Source of the DNA: Oculina patagonica
Lineage: Eukaryota
DNA length: 58,155 nucleotides
NCBI RefSeq assembly: GCF_052425735.1
Contig: NC_135762.1
Location: 10,669,846 to 10,728,000, forward strand
Direction of reading: 5' to 3'
Shown: in pieces, positions 1 through 12,200 of the stretch
How the letters are laid out: each line of letters begins with the position of its first letter
How positions within the stretch are numbered: the first letter of the stretch is position 1
Notes under the pieces: generated by a model
What the model was told of the DNA's origin: nothing
Database searches by the model: none
The model's input: the letters and a program-made list of their open reading frames with translations, nothing else
Made by a program: the position numbers and the translations under genes

Positions 1-479
1 CACCAACCAACCCCACCACCCCACACTGCCCCACGAGAACAGACGAAGAGAGGGGGAGACACGGGGCGTGGTGGAGCAACAGCTGGACCGGAAAGAAATG
101 AGATGACAGCCACGCAAAAGCTGTACCTCTTTACATTAACTTCATACACTTACTGCTGCAGGTGGCTACATTTTGCTACTTATAAAGAAATTTCAACCGT
201 AAATATTCCATTACAAATGTAACTTTTTTTTCAACAAAAAATATAAGTATTTTCTGTATGAGTGGTTTTACTTATTCCGTGAAAGAATGTGTCTCAATTA
301 GTGTCTAATAGTCAAAAGTAAACAAAAGAAAACAATGGAATTAGTGTATAATAGTGTCTAGTTGCTTACTATCACTTTATCTTCACTTTCTTAGAAGTCT
401 AGCACTCAAAAACAATTTTAGAAAAAAACAAGTACCATAACTAATCAGTTTATATGGAAAATTTGTCCACTAAAGGCGT

Positions 480-1910
480 TCACTCGTTTTCCTCATTTTC
501 TACAATGTCGTGAAATTCTGACTCAATCTCATGGTTACTTGGCGCCTGCTGTCTGCAGCGACAGCGGTCCCAGAAACAAGAGAAGACAATTTTCATCAGG
601 ATGAATATTACAGGAGTCAATCCAGCGGCTATGTGATATACATCATCTGACAGTGAGGCGCTTGGGCTCAGTGTGACTATAAACACCAGGAAGGTCATCA
701 GTGGGATTATCGCCAGCTTCAACGCGAGATACGAGTGTGTTCGAGACGCCACGCGAGGATCCGCGCGAGCTTCCAGGTAATTAGGACCTTTGCAAAGCGC
801 AATAACGAACACCATTGCTTGAGTTATACTGGCCATGAAGACTATGATCGTTCCCACCTGCACTGCAAGGCGGCTGTCTGATTTGCCGTGCCCAGCATAG
901 CGGTTTAGCGTGACGTTGATCAAGGGTGACAGACCCACGAAAGCCAAGGAGATGTTGTTACAGACCAACATGACTTGATTGAGCTTCTCGATGTAGTGGA
1001 ATAAAGAATGGTGCGTGAACCACAAGAGCGCCACCACCACGAACGTCGCTCCGTAAGTGAAAATTTCTGACTCCATGTGCAGTAACGTTTTCTGGATACC
1101 GTCACGATCGACGTCTGCTTTCGTGGGAAAATCTTCGGCCGTAATGTCCAAGATTAACAGCGTAGAAACAATCGCAAAGAGGCCATCGCTGAAGAACTCC
1201 ACTCTCTCCTTGTCGATGAAATTTCCGAACATGCGATCGAATTGCGATCCTGTTAGATGCATGCGCTTCCACTTGCCATAAATGACTCCCACAAGACGAT
1301 TGATGCAAGGCGAGATCACGACAATGGCCACAACGAATAGGGCGAGCTGGATCTTTGCCAAGCTGAGTGCACCAGCTAGAATATAGAGGATAGGATTGAC
1401 GGCTTTCTTCACCAGCATGAGTCTCATTCTCTGCTTTATTTCTTGTTGGGAAAGATTCTCAAACTCGGGATCAAGCAGATGTGGTTGATGAAAGGCATAC
1501 ACTATCATGATCACTTCTAGGATTTCAAGCACGAGTAGATTTCCACAGATCAGCATCATGGGCAGATACTTCTGGGTAAACATTCCCTCCAGAGCGCAGG
1601 TGAACGGGAGAAATGAAGTGAACAGCAGAGATGCAAGGTTGAACCAGACCAGCACATCATCCACTCGCGACAAGATTCGAAAGCGAAGAACATGCGATTC
1701 CCACACGGCGCAGATCACAAGAAATCCGACCAGATAGATTATCAAGCGAGGCCATTTGTCACTGAGCTGATCCGCTAGGCTGGATGTTTCCACAGCTCGC
1801 TCCTCGAGTTTCCTTATCGGCAGAACTAAAATTGTCGCTACTATGGCGAACACGGCATCGTTGAAACATTGCAAACGCTTCAGATGAAAAAGGTCTACTT
1901 CTTCTGTCAT
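480..1910 (-). CDS. TMEM175: Endosomal/lysosomal K+/H+ channel TMEM175, paralog 1 (intronless, 476 aa)
   Basis: Uninterrupted, highly hydrophobic ORF with two internal repeats, each opening with the TMEM175 TM1 signature: RLQCFNDAVFAIVATILVL and RVEFFSDGLFAIVSTLLILDI (RxxxFSD...I..T), plus WESH/WFTHH TM2 motifs. Confidence 0.93.
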   Translation of the reverse strand: MTEEVDLFHLKRLQCFNDAVFAIVATILVLPIRKLEERAVETSSLADQLSDKWPRLIIYLVGFLVICAVWESHVLRFRILSRVDDVLVWFNLASLLFTSFLPFTCALEGMFTQKYLPMMLICGNLLVLEILEVIMIVYAFHQPHLLDPEFENLSQQEIKQRMRLMLVKKAVNPILYILAGALSLAKIQLALFVVAIVVISPCINRLVGVIYGKWKRMHLTGSQFDRMFGNFIDKERVEFFSDGLFAIVSTLLILDITAEDFPTKADVDRDGIQKTLLHMESEIFTYGATFVVVALLWFTHHSLFHYIEKLNQVMLVCNNISLAFVGLSPLINVTLNRYAGHGKSDSRLAVQVGTIIVFMASITQAMVFVIALCKGPNYLEARADPRVASRTHSYLALKLAIIPLMTFLVFIVTLSPSASLSDDVYHIAAGLTPVIFILMKIVFSCFWDRCRCRQQAPSNHEIESEFHDIVENEENE

Positions 1911-2283
1911 GGCGCTTCTTGAAAAGTGAAAAATGTGGCTTTATATCGAAAGTTCCGGTTTTCAGCAAAGTAAGCCTTCCTAGAAAATCTCGTGACACGA
2001 ATGTTTTTGAAGGACAGTAATCTTATCCTTGTCAGTTGAGTCACGCAATCGCACGCCGGGCCACCTCACGACATCTTGAGATGTCTTTTGAAAAGGATAT
2101 TTTACCGTTGAAAAGTCCTATAAAATATTTCCCAACACAATTTATCGCGTGCATTAAACCGCGAAAAAAAACAATCGATATTGGTCGGCAGCAAACACGC
2201 AAGGTTTTGTGTGTGTGTGTCCGCAATCTCGCATTTCAACGAATAAAGGCCCCTGGCCGGACGAAGCTGTAGTTTGGTTAGAT

Positions 2284-2739
2284 CCGGGGTATCTAATCGT
2301 ACAAAATCGAACCAAAAATCAATCGAACCCAAATCATTCGATTGGGTTCGGTAATCGAACGAAATCGAACATCTATTTTGCTGTGAGTTCGATTTACGAA
2401 CTAATTGGACCCATCGAACACAATCGAACGCAATCCGATTCGATTTTGTTTGGAATCCGTCTTTTGATAAGTAAATCACGCATGAAATCAGTGCACCGTA
2501 CAAAATGCCCGCAATATAAACAAACAGGAGTTTGGTAATCGAACGTTCGATTGAGTTCTATTGTCGCCTGTTAGTAATCGAACGTTCGATTTTGTTCGTT
2601 GTGCGGGTAATCGAACGTTCGATTTTGTTCGATCGACCAAATTTTATTGCGAGTTCGATTATGTTCGATAACCAAACCCAATCGAACGATTGGTGTTCGA
2701 TTGGGTTCGATTACCGAACGTTCGATTGGATACGCCAGG
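2284..2739. mobile_element. MITE-like element with imperfect TIRs and internal ATCGAAC/GTTCGAT tandem motifs
   Basis: Left end CCGGGGTATCTAATCG versus reverse complement of right end CCTGGCGTATCCAATCG; many ATCGAAC motifs, mostly forward in the left half and inverted in the right half. Confidence 0.7.
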
Positions 2740-3394
2740 TTTGATATATTGAATCGGAAGAGCCGATATTGAACAACCACGTTTCCAGGGCATTTGAAAT
2801 TGAGATGATAGATAAACAACAGAGGGCATTCAGGCGTGAGTGCACTGTTTTCCTGCGGTTTGGACAAGGAGGGGTTTGGCTGTCTCTTCCCCCATCACTC
2901 CTCGTGGCTCTTAAAAAAGCTTCACCCCACAATCACTTCCTGAACTTTGGGAGAAAAATTAAAAAGTCTGCAAGCAGTCTAGAAGGACCATGTCACAGGG
3001 ATATGCAGAAATAAAATCACATGTCAGCTAGTGTGTTAGCACCTTATGGATAGGGATATGTAGTGATGAAACATAGCTTCTAATGTTTTCAACATTTTTA
3101 ATGCAAAAGCTACCTTTTTTACATTTTCTTTATACACTTACAGCTGTAAGTGGCTAAGTTTTGCTACTTAAAGTAATTTCTACCGTAAATATTTCGTTAC
3201 AAAAGTAACAATCTCTTTTTAACAAATTATAAAATATATACTTAACAAAGCATTTTCTGTTATCTTCACTTTCTTAGAAGTCTAGCTCTCAAAAGCAATT
3301 TTTGAAGACATGTTATTGTATTTGATAATGGTAAAAAAATAACCTTTAACTGTAGTAGAAAATAGTATGCTGTCTATCTTATGATAACTTCATT

Positions 3395-3563
3395 GTGTAG
3401 TTCCAGAAAACGTCCATACTCCCCTCACAGAGGGGATTGGAAATTCCTTGGGGTGAGTGGGGAGGGGGTCTCAAAGATCAAAAGGCCAAAAACTTAAGGG
3501 GGGGGGGGTCTTAGGAAAAATCCCTTCCATGGTGAAGGTATGAATAATTTATGGCACTACACA
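3395..3563. mobile_element. Short MITE-like element (TGTGTAGT...ACTACACA termini)
   Basis: Terminal inverted TGTGTAGTTCCA / TGGCACTACACA; G/C-run-rich interior. Confidence 0.55.
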
Positions 3564-4530
3564 TGTATTTGTAATTTTTAACTCTACAAAATAACTTATT
3601 CAATTTGTATCAGCAGGGGTGGTGAATGATAAATCCGAGACTTTGTGAGACAGCAAGACTAATATCTTTTTGTGATTCTAAAGCTTTATTAGCCTTGCAA
3701 AAGAAATCAAGACTCTGAGACTGCATTGTAAAATACTGCAATTGTCAAAAACCACCAATTTTTGACCTGTCAAATTGCAATTAACCCACAAACTACCATC
3801 CTTTTCCTCACTTTTTTAAGCATAAAAAACATGTGCTAATGAAGACTACTACTTTTCTTGAGTCTTGAACTCTTAAACTTTATCTATTTCAAATTATTCT
3901 GCATGTTCAGCTTTGGTTTATACACAGATTCCTATTTCCACCAAAAGGTTAATAACACGTTTGGCAAAATGTTCTGTACAATAATACAAAAAATATACAG
4001 AACAACAGCTTTATGCACACTGTACATGTTGTTTTTTAAGTTAACAGTACACTTCACAATAAAGTGAAACCTCATGGAAGTGAACAACCACTTGGGACCA
4101 TAAAAAAATGTCCACCTACCGGTAAGTGGAGGGGGACGTGGGGGCAGGAGCCCAGGAGAAAAGGGGTGGTAAGTGGGTAAAGGGAGGGCGGGAAGTGGGA
4201 TTTCTAAGATGGCAGGAACCAGGAGAAAACAAGTAAAATTTTGCAACATTTGGTTATGTTTTGCAATAGGTATGGGACAACAAGGAGAGAACCGCAATGG
4301 AAAGGGGCGGGAGATGGGAGTAAAAAAAATATGAGAAGCGGGGTAACAGGCACAGGAGGCCGGAGCTTCAGACCTCCTGTCCTGCTGCACACTTAGAGAG
4401 GTGTCTGCTTATAGGATGTTTAAATGTAGCACTTGTATGTGGCTGGTACTATGACTGCATGTCCACTTACAAGATGTGTGAGCCCATGGGACTTTTTTGT
4501 GTGTGGAGGTTCCACTGTTCATGAACACCA

Positions 4531-6009
4531 TTAAACTTTTAATGAATCTGTTAAACTACTGTCACCTACACCTTTCTTTTGCACCCTCAGCCTGCTCCTG
4601 TGTGGAGGCGGGATCCAAGTCTCTATATCTGGATCAATAGCAATGTCGTGCCTCATCACCCCTACCTCCCTTCGGCCAAAGCTCAGTTTCAGTGCTAGGA
4701 ACAAAAATGGGGTTACAAATACGGCAGTATGAAAAGTTATATATATTGCCCAGTTACTTTTACTCAGTGTGGTGTAGTACACTACAAGGCTAATGAGGGG
4801 TATAATGGTGAGTTTCAGGGCCAAGTAGCAGTGACTGCTTTTTGAAATGGATGGGTTAACCTTGGGTTCCAGGTGAGTGGGGCCTTTCCACAGCGCAACA
4901 ACAAATACAGCTGCTTGGGACAAACTTGCCATGGCTATAGCTACAGAGCCAAACTGCACAGCAAGCTTAGTGCTATCACTGGTTTGATTTGGGTCATCAG
5001 CATATCTGTTCAGAATGGCCACAATAAAAGGGAAGAAGCCAATAAAAGCCAAAGAAATGTTGTTGGCAACCAACATCAGTTGATTCATTGTTTTGATGCA
5101 GTGAAAGAGAGAATGATGAATAAACCAGAGAAGTGCAATGACAATGAAGTTTGCAGCGTACACCAGGAACTTGGGCCACATGTTCAGCACAGTTTTGTCA
5201 ATCCCATGTAGCGTGACATCCGAGTCTTTGGGGAAGTTCTCTGTTGTAATGTCAAGCACAAGCAGAGTTGCCACTATAGAGAACACACCATCACTAAAAC
5301 ATTCTACTCGCTCCGTGTCGATGTAGTTGCCAAACATCAGGTTAAAATCAGCTCCAGCGACGCGAATCGCCTTGCATTTTCGAAACAGAAAGCCAATTAA
5401 ACGATGAATGCATGGGGTGAAAACAACAATTGAGATTAGGACCCCGGAAGTGATTGAATTAACCGTACTAACAGATGCCGCGAGCACATACAGCAATGGA
5501 TTGAGCAGTTTCTTTGCCAGCATATAGTCTCTTCTTTCCTTCTGTTGCTCTTTCGGTAACTCCTGTAGTTCGTCTATGAGGAGATATTCTTGATGAAACG
5601 AATACAATATCATGGCCACTTCCAGAAGTTCCACGATAAACATGTCTCCGCAAATCAACAAAAGCGGAAGGTATTTCTTTGGGTATTTTCCCTCCAGGGC
5701 ACAAGCGAACGGTAAAAACGACGTGAACATGAGCGAAGTGAGGTTCAACCAAACCAACACATCGTCTACATGAGCAAGAACCTTAAATCGGTGCACGTGA
5801 GATTCCCAGACGGAGCAAATGACAAGGAAAGCGATGAAATACACCACGAGCTGTACCCATCGATCATCGAGCTCGGTTTGAAGATCACGTTTGGAGTTTT
5901 CTTCAAGTCTTCGGATCGGAAGAATCAAAATTGTCGATACTATGGCAAACACAGCGTCGTTAAAACATTTTAGGCGGTTAAGATGAACCAAATCACGTTG
6001 ATCCGCCAT
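4531..6009 (-). CDS. TMEM175: TMEM175, paralog 2 (intronless, 492 aa from ATG at 6009)
   Basis: Same two-repeat architecture: RLKCFNDAVFAIVSTILIL and RVECFSDGVFSIVATLLVLDI. Collinear with paralog 1. First ATG (aacATGGcg) at 6009; the ORF-track start at 6030 is not an ATG. Confidence 0.93.
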   Translation of the reverse strand: MADQRDLVHLNRLKCFNDAVFAIVSTILILPIRRLEENSKRDLQTELDDRWVQLVVYFIAFLVICSVWESHVHRFKVLAHVDDVLVWLNLTSLMFTSFLPFACALEGKYPKKYLPLLLICGDMFIVELLEVAMILYSFHQEYLLIDELQELPKEQQKERRDYMLAKKLLNPLLYVLAASVSTVNSITSGVLISIVVFTPCIHRLIGFLFRKCKAIRVAGADFNLMFGNYIDTERVECFSDGVFSIVATLLVLDITTENFPKDSDVTLHGIDKTVLNMWPKFLVYAANFIVIALLWFIHHSLFHCIKTMNQLMLVANNISLAFIGFFPFIVAILNRYADDPNQTSDSTKLAVQFGSVAIAMASLSQAAVFVVALWKGPTHLEPKVNPSISKSSHCYLALKLTIIPLISLVVYYTTLSKSNWAIYITFHTAVFVTPFLFLALKLSFGRREVGVMRHDIAIDPDIETWIPPPHRSRLRVQKKGVGDSSLTDSLKV

Positions 6010-6255
6010 GTTTACGGTACAAGGAATCACTTGGGAATCATGTGATAATCTAGCCTGCGCCGCAGACGTAACTTAACCGGAAATCACTTCGAAGCATTGC
6101 TTCAGACCATGTGGAGAGACAGCTGATGACGTATTACACCACGTCCGGTCAGGATTTAAATCAGGATTTAGATTAAACTTCGGAAAGGCGCGAAATTATT
6201 CCGAGGATTTCCGAAGATTTTTGTTTCGTCGTTCATCGTCGTGCCATAATCCAAG
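6010..6255. promoter_or_regulatory. Putative bidirectional promoter shared by TMEM175 paralog 2 (-) and the ankyrin-DHHC gene (+)
   Basis: Start codons at 6009 (-) and 6256 (+) with 246 bp between them; CpG-rich relative to the flanks; contains TCATGTGA (M-box/E-box, 6038-6045), CCGGAA (ETS-like) and TGACGTA (CRE-like). Confidence 0.6.
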
Positions 6256-9200
6256 ATGGCGGGCGACAAAAAGGAATCAAAAGAGGTAAACCACGATAAT
6301 TGCAAGAAGATTGATATCTTTGAGGCTTCACAATGTGGGTAAGTGTGAGGGAAATAATGGTCGAACTTCTGGTTCATTTTTATGACAATCAACTCAAAAT
6401 CTGACTTTTTAAGTCTTTTCTTTCCAAATCGCGTGAAACCTGCTGCACTGCACTGCATTACGAATTTGCTTACTTTTTATTTTTACTGCACTAACCTTCC
6501 CTAGTGAGATCTGCGTTCACCACATGGTGATCTAACACAGGTTAAACTTTGCAAAGAAAAAAAGACGCACTTTTTAGGTAGTAAGCTTGCAAAGTTGACC
6601 ACGTAACAACAAACGTAAGCTTACTTTTTACCCCGTTGAAACCCCGTTTACCTTTGGGACCGCAGAAGGTGTCTCTATTTAATAAGGTGTTAATCTTAGC
6701 GGGTTGATTTAACAGAAAATGTATGAGATAAAGACCAAAACCATTCCTTATATATAACACGGCGACTGTGTTTAAACGGGTGTCCTTTAAGCGGGGCTCG
6801 ACTGCAGTAATTTAAGCTTCTGGTTGTTTACAATATCTTGCGTAGCAACTCGTGCGTTTTGCATGCTCTCATGTGTAGATCTGGAGAAGTCACTTTACAG
6901 GGTGATTTTACTATCTTTTCATGTCGAAACGATAATACCAGAAAGTAATCGTTAACAGGAAATAAAAGTGATCTTTTTTTAAAAAAAAAGAGAAAGTATC
7001 TGAGCTATAAGTAATAACCATATACTCTGCAAATAATTTCTTAAACACCTGCTTCTCCAACTAATTGTTCCATTTTGATAATTTTATATTCCAGTTTTGA
7101 TCATATAACACATTCTTTGAGTGGTCATGTAGTCCGTTTCCATGTGCTCATGTAAACAAGGTTATGATATATCATTAAGAAGTAGAAACCGGCCACTTGT
7201 TTTTTTACAAAGCCTGATACAAACCGCCAGTCTTCAAAAAAGTTTGGGAGAATTCAAAAGGACCTATGTTGACCTTTGCCAGGAGATTACATAAACTTTC
7301 AAATTGTCCTTATTTCCTTATCATAAGTCTGGCTTTTTCCTTAAATAGAAAGAAACTCAAGTATGTTTTATTCCAAGATTTCCCAAAATAATGATGATGA
7401 TGATAATGATATATATATTTTTTGTACACAGAGATACCAAAATGTGCAGAGAACTTGTTGGCCAGCATGGTGTGAAAATCCTGAGCACATACGATAGTCA
7501 TGGACATACTCCTTTGCACTGGGCAGCCTTAGGCGGTTACAGCGAAGTGATCAAATTCTTTATAAACTGTGGGGTGGAAGTAAACCAACAAAGTCGATCG
7601 GACTATGGACCTTACCCTATTCACTGGGCATGTGTTAATGGTCATATTTTATGTGTGGATCTTCTCATTCAAAACGGAGCTTCAATAGACTGTACCGACA
7701 ATAAAGGCTGTACTCCTTTAATTATTACTGCGCAGTATGGGAAAGCAATGTTGGCTGGATATCTTATAGGCAAGGGAGCAAAGACATTCCTGACAGATCA
7801 TGAAGGAGATTCAGCTCTACATTGGGCATGTTTTAAAGGTCATAAATATTATTTAATAAGTATACTTTGGTGAAAAAATCTAACACAATCTTTTATTCAG
7901 GGATCTTTGAAGTGTACACAAGGATCTTTAAGGATCCTTAACAACAATCCACAAAGATCTTGCAGGATCCTCAGATTATCCTGATAAGATTTTTCAGCTT
8001 CTTGCTAAGTCCCTGCAAAGATCTTGTAAGATCCTGCAGGTTCCTTATTCAGGGCCCTGCAAATGTCTTGCAGTTCCCTGGAAAGATCTTTACAGGGTCT
8101 TTCAGTTAAGAATCTTTGAAACTCTTAAAAAGATCTTCAAATAAAGATCTTTTGCAGGTCTTTGAAAATCACACAGGCTAGAATCTTGTCATAAAGGCTA
8201 GAATGTCATTGTAAAAACATTAATGCATTTTACTTAACAACCCTCCGAGTTAAGACCATTTTAGTCTCCATGGAGCTGGCGACTAAATTTGAACCAAGGT
8301 CGTCAGACTGGCGACTAAAATTGAGAGGAATGATTGAAAGTATCAGCATAATTTGGTGACTAAAATTTTTCACTGGCGACCAAAACTTGAGTAGTTGGTG
8401 GCCGAATGGCCACTAAGTTAAAAAGTAAACTTGGAGGGTTGCTTAAATCCATTCAATAACCCTGAACACTGGTTTAAGCCTGTCATATGATTAACCTGCA
8501 TTTTGGAATCCATGTAGTATATAAAATTAAACTTACATTCACAAATTTGAATAATCCTTACCCAGAAATCTTGCATTAGGAATTCAAAGAATTCTTACAC
8601 AGGAATACAGAAAGTCCCCACATATGGCAAAAATGATCAATGGCAAACTATGCATTTCTGTATTTGCAGGTCATAGCGAAGTTGTGCAGTTACTGCTCTA
8701 TTCTGGTTTTGATCCAAAGCAGAAAGACAGGTTTGGTCAGGTATAGTAAAACAGTCAAAACTCTGTTAAATATTATATTCTGAATTTATGCATTGTTATT
8801 TGTATGTAAAATGTACAAATTATTGGACTTCATATACCTTCAACAGTATTGTTCTGTCCCATATACTGAATCCTACTTGTAACTATTTCTTTTGTGGACT
8901 CGTTAAGTAAAATATTGGCTGGATGGCGGAGTGGGACAGGGGGGTCTCAACCTCCCGCCTCCCTTTTCCATAAGCCGTTCTCTCCTCTTTGTCCCATATC
9001 TACTGCGAAATATAACAAAATGTTGCAAAATTTTACTCATTTTCTCCAGGTTCCTGACACCTTAGGAATACCGCCTCCTGCGCTCTGTTCTTGTGCTTCC
9101 CACCCCTTTTTTCCTGGGTTCCTGTGCCCATCTCGCGGTGGCCTAATGGTTAGCGCGCTCGCCTCCGAGTTGAACGGCCCGGGTTCGAGGCCTGGCCGGG

Positions 9201-12200
9201 GCGCTGCGTTGTGTTCTTGGGCAAGACACTTTACTCTCACAGTGCCTCTCTCCACCCAGGTGTATAAATGGGTACCAGCGAATTTACTGCTGGGGGGTAA
9301 CCCTGCGATGGACTAGCATCCCATCCAGGGGGGAGTAGCAAAACTCCTAGTCGCTTAATGCTACGGAAACCGGGATAAGCTCCGGCCTGTATGGGCCACT
9401 AGGCTCGAAGACGACTTTAATCCTGTGCCCATCCACTTGCTGGGGCTGGGGTATTTCTCAAATCCTTTGCAAGACCATGGACAAGTTGAAATTATGCAAG
9501 TAAGGGTAAAAGAGGAGAGAAAAGACACTGACCACAATGTAATGTATCTGTGATGTGTTAAGTTATGTTTTACACTATACTTGTGGTGTGTTTTTTATAA
9601 AATTAAATTGAAGCCTGCGATTTCAGACACCTCTTCATCTGGCCAGCCTCAGTGGGGACCTAACTACAGTTGAACACATTGTAGACATGGTAGGCATTGA
9701 GTATTTGCATCAGCTTCATCTTGTCAGTGTAAAAACTGTATGTACAACCTTTGAATTTTTAAGTATGAGTATAATTAAGATGGGAGGCATGGTGGCCCAA
9801 TGGTTAGCTTGCCAGACTCCGGATCAAGCGGTCAGGGTTCGAGCCCTGGCCGGGGCACTGCATTGTGTTCTTGGGCGAGACACTTTATTCTCATAGTGCC
9901 TCTCTCCAACCAGGTGTATAAATGGGTTCTGGTGAATTTACTGCTAGGGGTAACCCTGTGATGAACTAAAATCCCATCCAGGGGGGGATAGAAATACTAG
10001 GCGTGGTGAATGGTCCTTCAAAAAGTGCGTGTCTCGCAAAATTTTAGCCAAATTTCAGGGGTCTCGTCGTCTCGAATTTTTCTCTGACGCCTTCTCGCAG
10101 TCTCGATTTCCTTTGTAAGGCTAAAAAGGTCTCGGGCTCGCAGAAAATATATCAGTCTCGCTGTCTCGCAAAGTCTCGCATAATTTTACCATTCGACACC
10201 CCTAAATACTCCTAGCTGCTTAATGCTGTCGGAAACCAGGATAAGCTACAGTCCTGATGGGCCACTAGACTCAACAACAGGCTTTACCTTATCTTTAATT
10301 TTATATCACTAAGCTACAAAGGTGTGTTGCAAAGGTTAACCCTTTTGAGCCCCAAAAGTGATCAACATTGAAATTCTGTTATGAATATCAACACATTGTC
10401 AAGCAGAGAGGTGATGAGAATAAAGGAATTTATTTTATCTTGATGCATGATACAATTTTATGAAATAATACAGTTGTATATAATAAAAGGCATTGCTTGA
10501 CTGATGGAAAAGTGGTTTTAACCCTTTTTTTGTAAAAAAACAGTGGCACTTTTATTAGCTAGCAGCTAGCTTGCATTATTATATCGGTCCTACCCAGTAC
10601 TATCCTTCAAATCTATCATTCATTATTTCTGCAAATCTTTAATAATGACAGAGTATACTTCCTTTTCTTATAAGTGAGCTTCTCTAACTTGCATTTAGCA
10701 AACCAGTGCAAGAAAGTACAGTAAGGCTTTACGTAAGCAAAAAGCAAGAAAGCCCAATGCTACTGTAAGTCTGTCATTTGCTAACTTTTGATTTAAACCC
10801 CACTACACAGCTGGAAAAGCCTACTTATACAGACTGTATTCATATATATTGTCGTTAGTGATAATCTTTTAACTTTTGGAATTGTTTTTACTCTAGGATG
10901 TTCAGTTAGATGCTGTTGACAGTAATAACAAAACTCCTTTAAAACTGGCCATGGGGCGAGACCATAAGGAAATTGTGTATTATTTACAAGGCAAACTTAA
11001 TCGAATTGTCTCCTGTCGTTTGAGGTGTGTACATTATTTTGTACTTTTTACTTTGAATTCTGTAAAGACAATCATAGCATGGCCTGTTTGAGTTCTTTTC
11101 TGTAAGGCTTCAGGCTAACTGTATTTGCAGTCATTTGAGCATGGTTTTAAAATTGTGATGTCAGCCTGTTGTTGCTATGACAACACCTGCATGTCAATGT
11201 TTGGGTTTAAATATATTTTAAAGGGGCTATGTCAGCAATTTTAGGCAATTTCGGCACTGACCAACTGGTCGTAGAATTAACTGAAATATCACAATAATGG
11301 CTTAAAACCATAGAGGAACTCAAAAGAAACACAGAAAGGCCAAAAAGGGGCATGGATGGGCAAAATTTGAGAAGATTAAAACGGATTGCGTTCGGGTAAA
11401 CTTGAAAAACGTCGACTGACTTTTTTAAGTTTATCTCAATTTGTATGATGCTCGAGAATCATCCTTGTTTGTTATGTGGCTGTGATTTTGCCAATGAAAG
11501 ACTTTTTCTCTGCCAATTTGAAGATTAGAGCTCTTAATTGACGAGAATAAATAGAATTACCTAAAATTGCGTGACATAGCCCCTTTAATTTGGTTTAAAA
11601 TTTTAAACCCTAAATAAATTTAAACCACATCATCAATGTACATGTTAATGCTGTGTGTTCTGTCAGCTGTATGACCATTTCCACAATTCCCTAAAAAATC
11701 GCCCACATCTTTTTGTCAAGTATAAACTGTTGATTAAACAAACTGTCTCAAGTTAATTACCTTGTTTGAAAACCTTCAAAACAAATTGCCAAAATCAAAC
11801 TATCCAAAACAAACAATCAAGCAAACAGACAAACAAGCCAAAACAACTTAAGTGGGGGGTATTAATCTTTATTAAAAACTAGCAATGGGTATATTGCAAT
11901 TCCTGCATTTTGATTGGTTAACAGGCAATGGTATATAAGCCAATATACCATTGACCACAAATATGGTAGCCGATACGCATCAACAAAAACAGCTGGGGAG
12001 CTCAAATATTGCAATTCTTTGGGCATTTTTAATAAAACAATTATGAGATCATTATAGCCAACTCGGTGCTAGGTGCCTCGTTGGCTATCTACCATCTCAT
12101 ATCTAACATGCACGCTTGTTTTTCACCAGGCCCTTCCAAAATATCCTTGTTTGGCTTGAAGCAATGTGTGGTTATTGGTTGTGTAGCGGACACAAAATTA

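Noticed and set aside
9133-9210. tRNA gene candidates at 9133 and 9782
   Set aside because: A/B boxes continue into a SINE body, with a TSD at the first copy; no complete cloverleaf.
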